Virus record (IMG/VR): IMGVR_UViG_3300021400_001324
Coordinates: 13,830 to 77,829 of that record
Strand: one strand, 5' to 3'
DNA length: 64,000 nucleotides
Source of the DNA: a virus
Lineage: Duplodnaviria; Caudoviricetes
Made by a program: the position numbers and the translations under genes. Under the pieces are notes generated by a model that ran no database searches, was not told the origin of the DNA, and worked only from the letters and a program-made list of their open reading frames with translations. This document shows positions 51,841 to 62,403 of this stretch, one piece after another. Within the stretch, counting starts at the first letter, position 1. Every line of letters starts with the position of its first letter.

Positions 51841-52615
51841 AAAAATATATTTAAATAAAGACGACTATTTTGCGTTCAAAGAATGGTGCAAAAACCAACC
51901 GCCACTTCATGACAAGTACGGAAAGGATGCACGTATCACCGACTATTTGTGGAACATAGATAACGAATCCTGGAAAGATGACAACGAGTCTCGTCCTGTA
52001 ATGATGGCTCCATATTATGTTGATGCATACATCATCCGCAACTGCCCAATTAAAGGCGTTCAAGAGGAACTGCAACTCCACTATGGATATTGGTCACAGG
52101 AACGAATCCGTGAGTATTATGAAAACGTAAAGAATTATAACCCCGATAAAGACGGATCCCCATACTGGGCCAAACTTGCGGATTTCATCTTTAATGATGA
52201 CGGCACGATGTCTATTAAAGGACTTGAAAAATCATCATATGAGGAAATCCTTGATGGTGAATTATATACTTTACCATACCGCAGTAATGTAGAGTATGGA
52301 ACTCATTTTAAATTGGTTAAATCACCAAATGGAAAGAAAACAATTCCATTTGAACGTCCATTAGAGGGAAGTTGGTGGGTGAATGTTGAAAACGCAGATA
52401 ATAAATATGATTTTATGTGGTATAACAAAGATACTGACACATGGGATTTCGGAGACGAATATGTCATTTCAAAATGGAAATCAGATACTGCATATGTAAA
52501 AACAATAACTGCACTAAAAAGAAAAATTAGAAAGTGGAAACTTCCCATCGGCACTAAAGTTCGTGTGTCAGGAAGATATGTTGATGAGAAATACGAATTC
52601 GTTATTACAAAATAA
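51827..52615 (+). CDS. Hypothetical protein
   Basis: 262-aa ORF. Confidence 0.8.
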   Translation: MAAIEKIYLNKDDYFAFKEWCKNQPPLHDKYGKDARITDYLWNIDNESWKDDNESRPVMMAPYYVDAYIIRNCPIKGVQEELQLHYGYWSQERIREYYENVKNYNPDKDGSPYWAKLADFIFNDDGTMSIKGLEKSSYEEILDGELYTLPYRSNVEYGTHFKLVKSPNGKKTIPFERPLEGSWWVNVENADNKYDFMWYNKDTDTWDFGDEYVISKWKSDTAYVKTITALKRKIRKWKLPIGTKVRVSGRYVDEKYEFVITK

Positions 52616-52926
52616 TGTCAAAAACATATAATAAAAATGTAAGAGTAGGTATTGCTGGAGGTTCTAATACTGAATATTACCGAAGCAGGAATCGCCAATC
52701 TAGAAGGAAGAACAAGAAACATTTAAAATACATTAGTTCTCAATATGTTGATGATGAAATTCAAGAAAATCTTGAATTTGAGAAGTTACCTAAAGATCAT
52801 TGGGAAGAACCTACTGACGGAACAGTTACATATACAAAGAAACAATTAAATTTATTACTTGAAATTGAAGATAATAATGATTTCAAGAAATGGTGGAAAA
52901 AGCTATTAAGAAGATTTAAGAAATAA
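52615..52926 (+). CDS. Basic hypothetical protein
   Basis: 103-aa ORF. Confidence 0.7.
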   Translation: MSKTYNKNVRVGIAGGSNTEYYRSRNRQSRRKNKKHLKYISSQYVDDEIQENLEFEKLPKDHWEEPTDGTVTYTKKQLNLLLEIEDNNDFKKWWKKLLRRFKK

Positions 52927-52931
52927 TAAAT

Positions 52932-53228
52932 ATGAAAAACGTTTTAACAATATTTGTTATAGGTTTAGTATTCTGTTTAGTACTATTAGCAGTAGGATTA
53001 TCTAAGAGTTATTCACAAGAAGATGAACTTCTTAAAGAAGATAATAAATATAAAGAAGAAATTATTTATCAACAACAAAGTTATATAAATGCTTGTGAAG
53101 AGCTTCTTGACTCTATTGATAATAGTCCAACATTTGCCGATACTTATGGTGAATTGGACTGTTATGACAGTATACAAATAGCTAAAGAAAAAATTGATTC
53201 TTTATATAAATATAATGTTTTACACTAA
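52932..53228 (+). CDS. N-terminal TM or signal-anchored protein
   Basis: VLTIFVIGLVFCLVLLAVGL. Confidence 0.7.
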   Translation: MKNVLTIFVIGLVFCLVLLAVGLSKSYSQEDELLKEDNKYKEEIIYQQQSYINACEELLDSIDNSPTFADTYGELDCYDSIQIAKEKIDSLYKYNVLH

Positions 53229-53267
53229 AGAAGAATTTAAACGATTGTTCGTGAGATACGATATAAA

Positions 53268-53561
53268 GTGTTAAAAGCTGCTGAAGTAAATGATGCAGAA
53301 GAATATAATCCAAATAAAGAAACGGATATGATAACAGGAAGACGTGCTACAGCCGATGATCTTCAAAAAGAATATTGGTTAAGACAACGCAAATATATCA
53401 TTTGGAAAACTAAAGATGGAAAAGATATTCCTATTGACAAATTAACTGATGAACATTTAGAGAATATTCTTAAAATGTTGAATAGATCTCCATTTGGACA
53501 TCTTGAACAAACCTATGTTCCAGAAGATTTAATTGGAGATTACGAAGATGCAATGGGATAA
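53268..53561 (+). CDS. Hypothetical protein
   Basis: WKTKDGKDIPIDKLTDEHLENIL; GTG start uncertain. Confidence 0.6.
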   Translation: MLKAAEVNDAEEYNPNKETDMITGRRATADDLQKEYWLRQRKYIIWKTKDGKDIPIDKLTDEHLENILKMLNRSPFGHLEQTYVPEDLIGDYEDAMG

Positions 53562-53706
53562 TTAATATCTCTCTTCATGATTAACTAGCGTTAGAGGATT
53601 GAGCTATTGGTTCAATCCTCTATTTTTTATTATACTATGGAACAGAATCTATATACATTTGATATAATATTAGGAATTGAATCTTTAGATGATTTAAAAA
53701 TTAGCA

Positions 53707-53898
53707 ATGATGATCCAAACGAAGAATAAATACGATGCTTTTATGAAAGCAAAACGTGTTATTGAGAGTTGTAAGACTTTCGATCAATTAACTAACGCAA
53801 GAAAGTACTATTATCTATTTGAGGATATGTACAATGATACATTTTTATGTTCAGAATTAAATAATATTTACTTTAATAGGGTAGATCTAGTTGACTGA
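53707..53898 (+). CDS. Hypothetical protein
   Basis: KRVIESCKTFDQL. Confidence 0.6.
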   Translation: MMIQTKNKYDAFMKAKRVIESCKTFDQLTNARKYYYLFEDMYNDTFLCSELNNIYFNRVDLVD

Positions 53899-53912
53899 TA
53901 ATTATTGCTTAA

Positions 53913-54218
53913 TTGTGTTTAAAATCAAATATAATATTTAAACTCTTATCAAAGAATATGAATAAGATTGTTTTACTGATGCTAACTGTCTTGATAATGG
54001 CGGGGTGCGAATACAAAACCGATGCTGAAATAGAAGAAGCAAAGCGTTTAGATGGGTTCAATATTGTTGTTATAGACTCTTGCGAGTATCTTAAAAAGTC
54101 AGTAGCACACGGGAATCAAGGATTTGGATATTTTGCTCACAAAGGAAACTGCCGATTCTGCACCGAACGAAGAAAGAAAGAACTGGAGGCATTAGTCGGG
54201 CAAATGAAAGAAGAGTAA
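53913..54218 (+). CDS. Putative lipoprotein
   Basis: MNKIVLLMLTVLIMAG-C lipobox (true start probably later). Confidence 0.65.
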   Translation: MCLKSNIIFKLLSKNMNKIVLLMLTVLIMAGCEYKTDAEIEEAKRLDGFNIVVIDSCEYLKKSVAHGNQGFGYFAHKGNCRFCTERRKKELEALVGQMKEE

Positions 54219-54221
54219 GAT

Positions 54222-54626
54222 ATGGAAATGATTAAAAGTTACACCTCGTTAGAGCAGTCAAAGAAACTAGCAGAGATACTGCCAATAGAGAGTGCAGATA
54301 TGTGGTATCAACATGTTGGATATTCATATTCAATTATTGACGGTAAGGAAAAACCTGTATATTTTCCAATGGTTATAAGAGATAATATATCATCTGATGA
54401 TATTCCATGTTGGAGTCTTGCTGCATTACTCAACGTTCTGCCAAAAAAATATTATCCAATAAAAGATCATGAAACTAATCTAATTCTTGGTAAACCTAAA
54501 GATAAATGGTGTGTTCTTTATTGTGATACAACAGGAATGCAAGATGGCGAACAAACGTTAGGAAACAATCCTGTCGATGCTTGCTACGAAATGATAATGA
54601 AGTTGCACGAACAAAAACTTTTGTAA
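54222..54626 (+). CDS. Hypothetical protein (YTxLxQSxKL.EILP family)
   Basis: Paralogue of 55077. Confidence 0.75.
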   Translation: MEMIKSYTSLEQSKKLAEILPIESADMWYQHVGYSYSIIDGKEKPVYFPMVIRDNISSDDIPCWSLAALLNVLPKKYYPIKDHETNLILGKPKDKWCVLYCDTTGMQDGEQTLGNNPVDACYEMIMKLHEQKLL

Positions 54627-54628
54627 TT

Positions 54629-55093
54629 ATGATTGAAAAAGAAAAACTTTTCCATGATAAGAGAATTGCTTTTTATGTAGATGATGATATGACTATTAGA
54701 TATATTCCAAAAGGTCTTTCTCATGCTGAATACTTTAATCATATTAAGAAGCCTGAATATATAAAGTTTATTTGGCGAGGCTATATATTATATGACCATG
54801 CTATGATATATGTAGGAAATGATTTTAGTATTCCTAAAGATATATCTATTCAGCGAATATTTGACACCTTTTCTGCAATAAACAGTGAACATCCTATTAA
54901 ATGGATGGGCCTTGGATGTATTATAGGAGAAATAGGTGAAGAATGGAAACCTAAAATAGTTATTAATGCTCTTATACGAAAGAAAATTCTTTTTCTTCCA
55001 TATATTATAAATGCAGATAAATTATTTGAATTTATGAAAGCTGATATATGGTTAAATAATAATGATTATTTACGAGATGAAAAGTTATACTGA
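54629..55093 (+). CDS. Hypothetical protein
   Basis: Start trimmed to MIEKEK. Confidence 0.65.
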   Translation: MIEKEKLFHDKRIAFYVDDDMTIRYIPKGLSHAEYFNHIKKPEYIKFIWRGYILYDHAMIYVGNDFSIPKDISIQRIFDTFSAINSEHPIKWMGLGCIIGEIGEEWKPKIVINALIRKKILFLPYIINADKLFEFMKADIWLNNNDYLRDEKLY

Positions 55094-55460
55094 CTTATCA
55101 CAAAGTCGCAAGTTGGTAGAAATTCTACCAATTGAAACAGCAGATATGAAATTTCCTTATTTCGGTAATGGACAATATGGAACAACAGCATTATTTGGTG
55201 AGCCTATAGAGTTTAGTGGAGGAAAAGATATTCGTTGCTGGTCGCTGACTGCGTTGTTTAATTATTTACGTAAAGTCGATTTATTCCCTAAGATAGATGT
55301 AGATGAGCTTGAAGTAACAATGAGTATTAAGTACTATGACAATGAGGATGCTGAATTATTAAATCTTGCAGCTATACATAACATTGAGGTTAAGGCAGAG
55401 AGCTTCATTGATACTTGTTATGAACTGATCCTGAAGTTATATAAATCAAATTTATTATAA
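55077..55460 (+). CDS. Hypothetical protein (YTxLxQSxKL.EILP family)
   Basis: CWSLTAL...IDTCYELILKL. Confidence 0.75.
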   Translation: MKSYTDLSQSRKLVEILPIETADMKFPYFGNGQYGTTALFGEPIEFSGGKDIRCWSLTALFNYLRKVDLFPKIDVDELEVTMSIKYYDNEDAELLNLAAIHNIEVKAESFIDTCYELILKLYKSNLL

Positions 55461-55462
55461 TT

Positions 55463-55894
55463 ATGGATTACAAAGAAAAGTACAACGCGGCTCTTGAAAG
55501 GATGAAATCTTGGGTAAGGGGCGAACATCCTGAGTGCTTTTCAGAAGCACAAAAAGCGGCTGAATTTATCTTCCCTGAACTCGCAGAGAGCGAGGATGAA
55601 AGAATAAGAAAGAAAGTGATAGAAGTGCTTAAACTAAATATAAAAGGCGCAGAATCACAGATGCAAGCAAGTAGAGGTGTTGACAGATGCTTTGAAATCT
55701 ATGCGTGTAATAAAGTTATTGCTTGGCTTGAAAAGCAAGGCAAGAAGCAATCTATATGGTCCGATAGTGATAGGACGATGGCTTTTACCTTAATGAGAGA
55801 TGTTGGCCAAATGACGTATATCAGTAATGAAGGAAAAAACGAGCGCTTTCAATGGTTGAACTCACTTGAAGATAAGTTTAACAAAGGAGAATAA
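55463..55894 (+). CDS. Hypothetical protein (YKEKY..ALER...FPELxESEDE family)
   Basis: Shares modules with 55898 and 61366. Confidence 0.75.
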   Translation: MDYKEKYNAALERMKSWVRGEHPECFSEAQKAAEFIFPELAESEDERIRKKVIEVLKLNIKGAESQMQASRGVDRCFEIYACNKVIAWLEKQGKKQSIWSDSDRTMAFTLMRDVGQMTYISNEGKNERFQWLNSLEDKFNKGE

Positions 55895-55897
55895 ATT

Positions 55898-57853
55898 ATG
55901 AAAACGATAGAAGAAAAAGCAAAAGCCTATGACGATGCTTTGGAAAGAGCAAAGGCATTTGAAATGCCAGAATATAAGAACATCATGGAGTCTGTTTTTC
56001 CTGAACTCAAAGAGTCAGAGAACGAGACCATAAAGAAAGATTTAATTGCGTGGTTTGAAGAATTCCCAGATATGATTTGGAGAGGTCATTATAAAAAGGA
56101 TATCCTTGCCTGGCTTGAAAAGCAAAGCGAAAAACTGCAAGGTAAATCAGCACTTGAAGCAATTAAAGAAGAAAAGGCTGACAATCAGAATTGTATAAAC
56201 CATTCTGAGGATGATGAACCAAAATTTCATCCTGGAGATTGGATTGTCGACAACGAATATGGCGATGTCTTAAAAGTCGACAAAGCACATGCTAACAGCT
56301 ACGAAATCACTACACAAGACGGAGAAGTATTCGGCATTCTGAAAGAGGATGTAGAATGCAACCACCGTCTTTGGACTATCGAAGACGCAGAGGATGGTGA
56401 TGTGCTTGCCACATCGGCAGGTGCATTTATCTATAATGGCAATAATGGAGGAGGTGGTAGTCCTGGAAGTTATTGTGGAATTAACACTTTAGGTAGATTT
56501 CAACTTGGTAGTGAAACTCATTGGGCTAGGAAAAAAGTATATCCCGCAACCAAAGAACAGCGTGAACTATTATTCCAAAAAATGAAAGAAGCTGGTTACG
56601 AATGGGACAATGAGAAGAAAGGGCTGAAAACGATTGAACAAAAGTCTGCAGACAAAGTTGAGACAAAGTTCAAGGAAGGAGATTATATTGTTTCAAATAT
56701 TGATAATTTCTTAGAAATTTGGAGGGTTATCAATATTGACAAATATGGCTATTATAACATTCAGTGCATCAACAATCCTGAGTATGATGAAATATATCGT
56801 GTTCCTGGATTTGTTCTTGAACAGGATTATCGTCGTTGGACTATCCAAGATGCTAGAGATGGTGATGTACTTGTGATACAAAAAACAAATGTTACTTATG
56901 AAACTATCTTTATTTTTAATAAAATCGAAAACAATCGCATTATTCAATATTTACATTATTTTACTACTGATGCAGATGAAGAAGTTTGTGAAGCAAGGTC
57001 TATTGACGGCTTTTTAGGATTTGTTGGAACTACTGTTCACCCTGCAACCAAAGAACAATGTGACTTGTTATTTCAGAAAATGAAAGAAGCGGGTTACGAA
57101 TGGAATTCAGAGAAGAGAGAATTGAAGAAAATTGAGCAAAAGCCTGCTGATAAGATCGAGCCAAAGTTTCATGAAGATGAATGGATAATATCGGATACTG
57201 TTGACAAGGATTATCATATCTGCAAAATTACAGACATTAAAGACGGTAATTATACAATCGAATCTATATATGGGTATAAGGGCTATAATCAGTTTGATGT
57301 GTTTGACAATGCCTATAGATTGTGGGATGTTACCAAAGATGCAAAGGATGGTGATGTGCTTTCTTATGTAACAGACGAAGAAGATTTGTGGATAATGATT
57401 TATCGGTCTTTGTATGAGCCTTATGAAGGACATGTTCATTATCATGCACTTCTCGTTAATGATAATTTTTCTGATAAAGGCACTTGTTGTATTTGTATAG
57501 ACAACTTGAAACCAGCTACCAAAGAGCAACAGGAACTTTTATTTCAGAAAATGAAAGAGACAGGATACGAGTGGGATAGCGATAAGAAAGAATTGAAAAA
57601 GATAGAAGTGGTAAGTAAAGAAAGCGAGGATAAGAAAATAAAGAAAGAACTCATAGCATTCATAAAAAAACGTGATAAAAGTGGTTGTGATTATGACTAC
57701 GATAAGTGGATTGCTTGGCTTGAAAAGCAAGGCCACATGCTTGACCCTGACAAGGTGATTGAGTGGATAGACGACCAAGCATGTCAGGGTTGGATTGAAG
57801 ATATTGAAGTTGATAAATTTGTAGACAAATTTAAAAGACATTTCGGATTATGA
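55898..57853 (+). CDS. 651-aa protein with three tandem KF..GDWI...WTI.DA.DGDVL...PATKEQ..LLFQKMKEAGYEW modules
   Basis: Repeats visible in the translation. Confidence 0.85.
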   Translation: MKTIEEKAKAYDDALERAKAFEMPEYKNIMESVFPELKESENETIKKDLIAWFEEFPDMIWRGHYKKDILAWLEKQSEKLQGKSALEAIKEEKADNQNCINHSEDDEPKFHPGDWIVDNEYGDVLKVDKAHANSYEITTQDGEVFGILKEDVECNHRLWTIEDAEDGDVLATSAGAFIYNGNNGGGGSPGSYCGINTLGRFQLGSETHWARKKVYPATKEQRELLFQKMKEAGYEWDNEKKGLKTIEQKSADKVETKFKEGDYIVSNIDNFLEIWRVINIDKYGYYNIQCINNPEYDEIYRVPGFVLEQDYRRWTIQDARDGDVLVIQKTNVTYETIFIFNKIENNRIIQYLHYFTTDADEEVCEARSIDGFLGFVGTTVHPATKEQCDLLFQKMKEAGYEWNSEKRELKKIEQKPADKIEPKFHEDEWIISDTVDKDYHICKITDIKDGNYTIESIYGYKGYNQFDVFDNAYRLWDVTKDAKDGDVLSYVTDEEDLWIMIYRSLYEPYEGHVHYHALLVNDNFSDKGTCCICIDNLKPATKEQQELLFQKMKETGYEWDSDKKELKKIEVVSKESEDKKIKKELIAFIKKRDKSGCDYDYDKWIAWLEKQGHMLDPDKVIEWIDDQACQGWIEDIEVDKFVDKFKRHFGL

Positions 57854-58248
57854 TAGCTGAAGATTATTGCTCGTATGAGGTAGCCAAACTCCTTGAAGAA
57901 AAGGGGTTTCCAATTGGTGAGCATTTATATATGTATGTCAATAAAGATGGTAAATTAATGACTGACCATCAAGCATGTTTGACTATGACTAATGAGGAAT
58001 ACAGAACATTTTTTGATGACTATATTCCAACTGTTACACAAGCACTTGCAATGAAATGGCTGAGGGGAAATAAAGGTTTGTTTATAAATATCGGGCAGTC
58101 TAAATGTATGAATGCCCCAATAAAGTACCGTTTTTCCATTTGGAAAGATGTTACCTATATAGGCAAAAGTGGTGACACTGGCGATTATTCTACTTATGAA
58201 GAAGCAGTTGAGGCTGCATTGAAATATTGTTTAACGTATATGCTTTAA
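57850..58248 (+). CDS. Hypothetical protein
   Basis: EDYCSYEVAKLL.EKGF...TYEEAVEAALKYCL. Confidence 0.75.
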   Translation: MIAEDYCSYEVAKLLEEKGFPIGEHLYMYVNKDGKLMTDHQACLTMTNEEYRTFFDDYIPTVTQALAMKWLRGNKGLFINIGQSKCMNAPIKYRFSIWKDVTYIGKSGDTGDYSTYEEAVEAALKYCLTYML

Positions 58249-58253
58249 TTTTT

Positions 58254-58739
58254 ATGAAAGATAAAGAAGTAAAAATTATTCCACCTGAGGGATATGAAAT
58301 TGATAAAGAGAATAGTACTTTTGAGTGTATTAAATTTAAACCTACCGTTAAGAAATGGGCAGATGATACACAAGCAGAAATTACAGGTTATTATATAGGT
58401 GGCAATGATATATATCCATTTACAGGAGATAATATAGAAGGTAACTTTAATGTTTTTGCTACTAAAGAGCTGGCTAAATCAGCACTAGCAATGGCAAGAA
58501 TCAGTCAGATTATTGCAAATGATAAAAGATTTGGAGGCCCTATAACTGATAAGGAATGGAATGATCCTGATCTTGAAAAATATACTATGTTTAGAGAGGA
58601 AGATTCTATTGCACGAGGAAATAATTTTATATCATATAAATTTTTAGCATTTCATACAGCAATTCAACGTGATTTATTTCTTGAAGAAAATGAAGATTTG
58701 ATCAAAGATTATTTAATGATAAATGATAAATCACAATGA
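58254..58739 (+). CDS. Hypothetical protein
   Basis: VKIIPPEGYEIDKENSTFECIKFKP. Confidence 0.75.
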   Translation: MKDKEVKIIPPEGYEIDKENSTFECIKFKPTVKKWADDTQAEITGYYIGGNDIYPFTGDNIEGNFNVFATKELAKSALAMARISQIIANDKRFGGPITDKEWNDPDLEKYTMFREEDSIARGNNFISYKFLAFHTAIQRDLFLEENEDLIKDYLMINDKSQ

Positions 58740-58972
58740 TACAATTGACACGAAAAGAAGAAATTAATCAAGCAACTGATGCTTACATCACGGATGAATG
58801 GCGTCAATTAAAGCATAATGTAGGTGATACATTTAAAGCTGGTATAAGATGGGCTGACCATCATCCGACCGCTCTTATGGCATGGCGGTTAGCCTCACTT
58901 GTGGATGGCTACAGGTCTGGTCTCTATGAAGGTATGACGTTGCAAGAAGTAATTGATAAGTATTATGATTGA
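58736..58972 (+). CDS. Hypothetical protein
   Basis: FKAGIRWADHHP. Confidence 0.65.
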   Translation: MIQLTRKEEINQATDAYITDEWRQLKHNVGDTFKAGIRWADHHPTALMAWRLASLVDGYRSGLYEGMTLQEVIDKYYD

Positions 58973-59298
58973 TATGACTGCACAAGAACGAGCATCAAAA
59001 CTAATCGACGACCTAGGTATTGATAAGATAATTAGTGAATTCATTGTTGACTATGATGATGTAGAACTGCGTGAGAAACTAATATATCAGGTACTTGACA
59101 GATTCCGTTGAAAATGGCTGGGGGTGGGTTATACAATGTGGCCTACTGGATGCCGATGCTTGAATCTTCAATCAGATAAAAAAATTACAGCCTCCGAGGT
59201 AGGGGTCTATTCCGCTCTGGGGTCTAACAGCCCCGGTGGTGTAATGAAGCACACGGCGGCTTTTTTAAAATACAATGCAAGATGGAAAATATTAAGTT

Positions 59299-59493
59299 AT
59301 GGAATTTGCAACAGATATTAATGCCGATAAGATAGACCTTTATTTCTACGAGGACGGGCATAAGGTCGGTGACTATAGTCTGACACAAGACGAGGCTATT
59401 ATCCTCACAAAGAAACTAATGGGAAGTATCGTTCGACAACGTGGGGCTGTGAAATTAACATGCACTGCCTATAAAATTAAAGTGGGAGATTGA
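59299..59493 (+). CDS. Hypothetical protein
   Basis: 64-aa ORF. Confidence 0.5.
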   Translation: MEFATDINADKIDLYFYEDGHKVGDYSLTQDEAIILTKKLMGSIVRQRGAVKLTCTAYKIKVGD

Positions 59494-59680
59494 ACTATGG
59501 CACAAGAAGAAAGAAGAAAGCGACTTATTGAGAGGATTGTTAATAAACTAGACTCAAAATATGTCACAATTGATATGTTAGAACGAATTTATAATATTGT
59601 TAATAACGCATGACAAAAGAAGATAACCTAGTTGACGCTTGCTACGCAATTGTATTAAAATTACATGAATTAAATTTATT

Positions 59681-59893
59681 GTGATTATGGCAAAGTATAG
59701 AATAATAAAAAGGGAATATCCTAATGGACAAATAGACTACGAAGTCCAAAAGAAAACATTAGGATTCTTTTGGTGGAACTTTAACAACATAGATGTATAC
59801 GAAACAGGTTTTTACGATACTCTTGAAGCAGCTAAGACAGCAATTGAAATAGATAAATGTCCTATCATAGAAACAATTATAAACGTTGAATAG
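59681..59893 (+). CDS. Hypothetical protein
   Basis: KYRIIKREYPNGQIDYEVQKK. Confidence 0.65.
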   Translation: MIMAKYRIIKREYPNGQIDYEVQKKTLGFFWWNFNNIDVYETGFYDTLEAAKTAIEIDKCPIIETIINVE

Positions 59894-60506
59894 TATTGAT
59901 ATGAAAGAAAAAGATAAAGAATATATTTTGTCTCAAATTGACAAAATTAATGATATTGGTGAACTGTCTGACGGATTTCATACATACGATTCATTATATT
60001 TTCAACGAATGGTATTATTTGCTGCTTTAGTAAAAGCTTATCCTGATATTAGCTGGAAATCATATTATCATGAAGATGAAAAATTATGTTTTGGTGGTGG
60101 ATGGTTTATCGTTGGTATTGACACACCGGATGGGACATATACATATCATTATGAAAATAAGTATTGGGATTATTTTCATTGTGTTGAACTATATACAGCT
60201 CCGCATTGGGATGGACATACTGATAAAGATGTAGAACGTTTATTAAGTATAGTTGACGATACTATTTTTGACGGTAGACGTTTTTCTAATTTTGAAATAT
60301 CAAGTAAATATGTTAAGGCTGGTGATATTGTTCTTGAAGGTGATGGACCTAATTTTAAATATAGAGTATTGACAAGTGTCGATGGTAAACATTGGGAATA
60401 TTTTGAGAATGGTTATTATCGCTCAACTTCACCAGAATATTGTCATTGGTTAGTTAAAGGACAAAAAGATTGTTGTGAAGCTGAACTTGTAAAAATTATT
60501 TACTAA
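59886..60506 (+). CDS. Conserved phage WDGHT-motif protein
   Basis: SDGFHTYDSLY...GWFIVGIDTPDG.YTYHY...WDGHT. Confidence 0.8.
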   Translation: MNSIDMKEKDKEYILSQIDKINDIGELSDGFHTYDSLYFQRMVLFAALVKAYPDISWKSYYHEDEKLCFGGGWFIVGIDTPDGTYTYHYENKYWDYFHCVELYTAPHWDGHTDKDVERLLSIVDDTIFDGRRFSNFEISSKYVKAGDIVLEGDGPNFKYRVLTSVDGKHWEYFENGYYRSTSPEYCHWLVKGQKDCCEAELVKIIY

Positions 60507-60608
60507 TTATGTAAAGGTATGAACAGTTGATGACATCATTTTGGTGTACGGCTTATACATCTAATGATGTAAAGTATTTTAAATAAATTTAAATAAAAAT
60601 AAAAGATT

Positions 60609-60839
60609 ATGACAAGAAAAGAAGCAACAAATATAGCATTAACAGAAATTAAAAAGGGTATGCTTGAATATGGTGAAGATGCTATTTATGTAGCTTCACC
60701 GCAACCGGGAAAAAATACTTGGACTTGGAAAGAAGCTTATGAAAATGTTATGAATGACACATGTTTAGAAAATACAAAACATAACATTATAGATTCTGTT
60801 CTGGAGTTTTATAATTATTTCAATTTCGATAAAGTATGA
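60609..60839 (+). CDS. Hypothetical protein
   Basis: 76-aa ORF. Confidence 0.65.
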   Translation: MTRKEATNIALTEIKKGMLEYGEDAIYVASPQPGKNTWTWKEAYENVMNDTCLENTKHNIIDSVLEFYNYFNFDKV

Positions 60840-61030
60840 CACAAGAAGAAAAAGAAAAATTACGCAATATACTCTATAACAAAAAGTGTATTGCTGATTA
60901 TAGAGAAGAAGATCCCTTTGTTGAAATATATTTTAGTGACTTGATTGACTTATTAGAAGATTATAAAATCGTATACGAACATAGAACAGTCAAAGAAATT
61001 GACAGAGATACTGCCACTCAAGACCGCTGA
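60836..61030 (+). CDS. Hypothetical protein
   Basis: 64-aa ORF. Confidence 0.55.
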   Translation: MTQEEKEKLRNILYNKKCIADYREEDPFVEIYFSDLIDLLEDYKIVYEHRTVKEIDRDTATQDR

Positions 61031-61346
61031 CATGTGTTATAGAATTGTAGCATATAATCCTAATGATACACATGAATATCAAAAATATTGGAAAGTTGCG
61101 ATGATTGACGAGAAATGCAAAACATGTCCGGAATTGGTCGTTCCTTACTTTGGAATATTCGCTAGACCGCAGCCAAAGTTGCCAGAAGATTTGAAAGTCG
61201 GTACATGCAGATGCAATATGGACCTCATCAACCGAATGAAAGAAGGCTACTATGGATGGTGCCGTCCAGAGCTATGCAAAGGTCCCGGACACCCATATTA
61301 TTTTGTTAATCATGGCAAAAACCGTGATATTGTCTTTATCAATTAA
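60999..61346 (+). CDS. Chimeric-looking hypothetical protein
   Basis: EILPLKTADM fragment of the 54222 family followed by an unrelated Cys-rich part. Confidence 0.45.
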   Translation: MTEILPLKTADMCYRIVAYNPNDTHEYQKYWKVAMIDEKCKTCPELVVPYFGIFARPQPKLPEDLKVGTCRCNMDLINRMKEGYYGWCRPELCKGPGHPYYFVNHGKNRDIVFIN

Positions 61347-61365
61347 CAAGAAAAATGTTACATTT

Positions 61366-62403
61366 ATGGAATACGAAAAGAAATACAAAGAGGCACTTGA
61401 AAGAGCAAGAAAGATACATCATGAAACTGAATTTGATTATGAAAAAGGTATGATGGAAGAAATTTTCCCCGAACTCAAAGAGTCGGAGGATGAGAAGATA
61501 AAACGAGAACTTCGCAACGATTTATTACTTTATGTTCCTACCCCAGAAAGGTATATCGCTTGGCTTGAAAAGCAGGGTAAACATAAGCCTTACGGACAAA
61601 GAAAAGAATGCAAAGATTGCCAATTTAATTATGCTGGCGAGTGCAAAGGTTATTGTGCCTTAAAAAGAAACGAGCATAAACCAACTGATAAGGTTGAACC
61701 AAAGTTCCATGAAGGTGATTGGATTTGCAACGATATGTGCATTGTTCATATTGCATCCATAGAGAATGGAATGTATTATTTCTACGAAGGTGATGGTTTG
61801 TCCATTGCGTTTGTTGACAAACATTACCATCTTTGGACAATCACTGACGCCAAGGACGGTGATGTGCTGGTATCTGAGTTAACCGGTGCTATATTTCTTT
61901 TCAGAGGTATTAAAGACAACAAAATTGATTTTTATTGCGACTACTACACTAGAGCTAAATGGATCACTGATACATTTGACATTAATGATTCCGGCGAACA
62001 TTATGGCAGTGTAGAAGAATCACAAGACATCCATCCAGCCACCAAAGAACAATGTGATACTCTAATGAAAGCAATGACTGATGCAGGATGGGAATTTAAC
62101 TTTAAGAAGAAAGAGTTGAAGAAGATTAAACAAAATTCTGTTTGGAGAGAAAAAGATGATAATAAAGTTACAGAAATTATTGGGTATCTGAATGAACTCT
62201 ACGATAAGTATAGACTTGACTTACAGGAACTCAATGATTACGAAACTTGGTTCAAATCAATCAAACAAAGATTAGGAGATGAGAAGAAACCTACCGATGA
62301 TACAAAAAAACTAGATGCCAATAAAGTGATTGAATGGGTAAAAAATACATTTTCTACACCTGATATGCTTATTGATAAATTTAAAAAAGATTTTAACTTG
62401 TGA
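61366..62403 (+). CDS. Protein with one KFHEGDWI...PATKEQ module (paralogue of 55898)
   Basis: Start trimmed to MEYEKKYKE. Confidence 0.8.
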   Translation: MEYEKKYKEALERARKIHHETEFDYEKGMMEEIFPELKESEDEKIKRELRNDLLLYVPTPERYIAWLEKQGKHKPYGQRKECKDCQFNYAGECKGYCALKRNEHKPTDKVEPKFHEGDWICNDMCIVHIASIENGMYYFYEGDGLSIAFVDKHYHLWTITDAKDGDVLVSELTGAIFLFRGIKDNKIDFYCDYYTRAKWITDTFDINDSGEHYGSVEESQDIHPATKEQCDTLMKAMTDAGWEFNFKKKELKKIKQNSVWREKDDNKVTEIIGYLNELYDKYRLDLQELNDYETWFKSIKQRLGDEKKPTDDTKKLDANKVIEWVKNTFSTPDMLIDKFKKDFNL

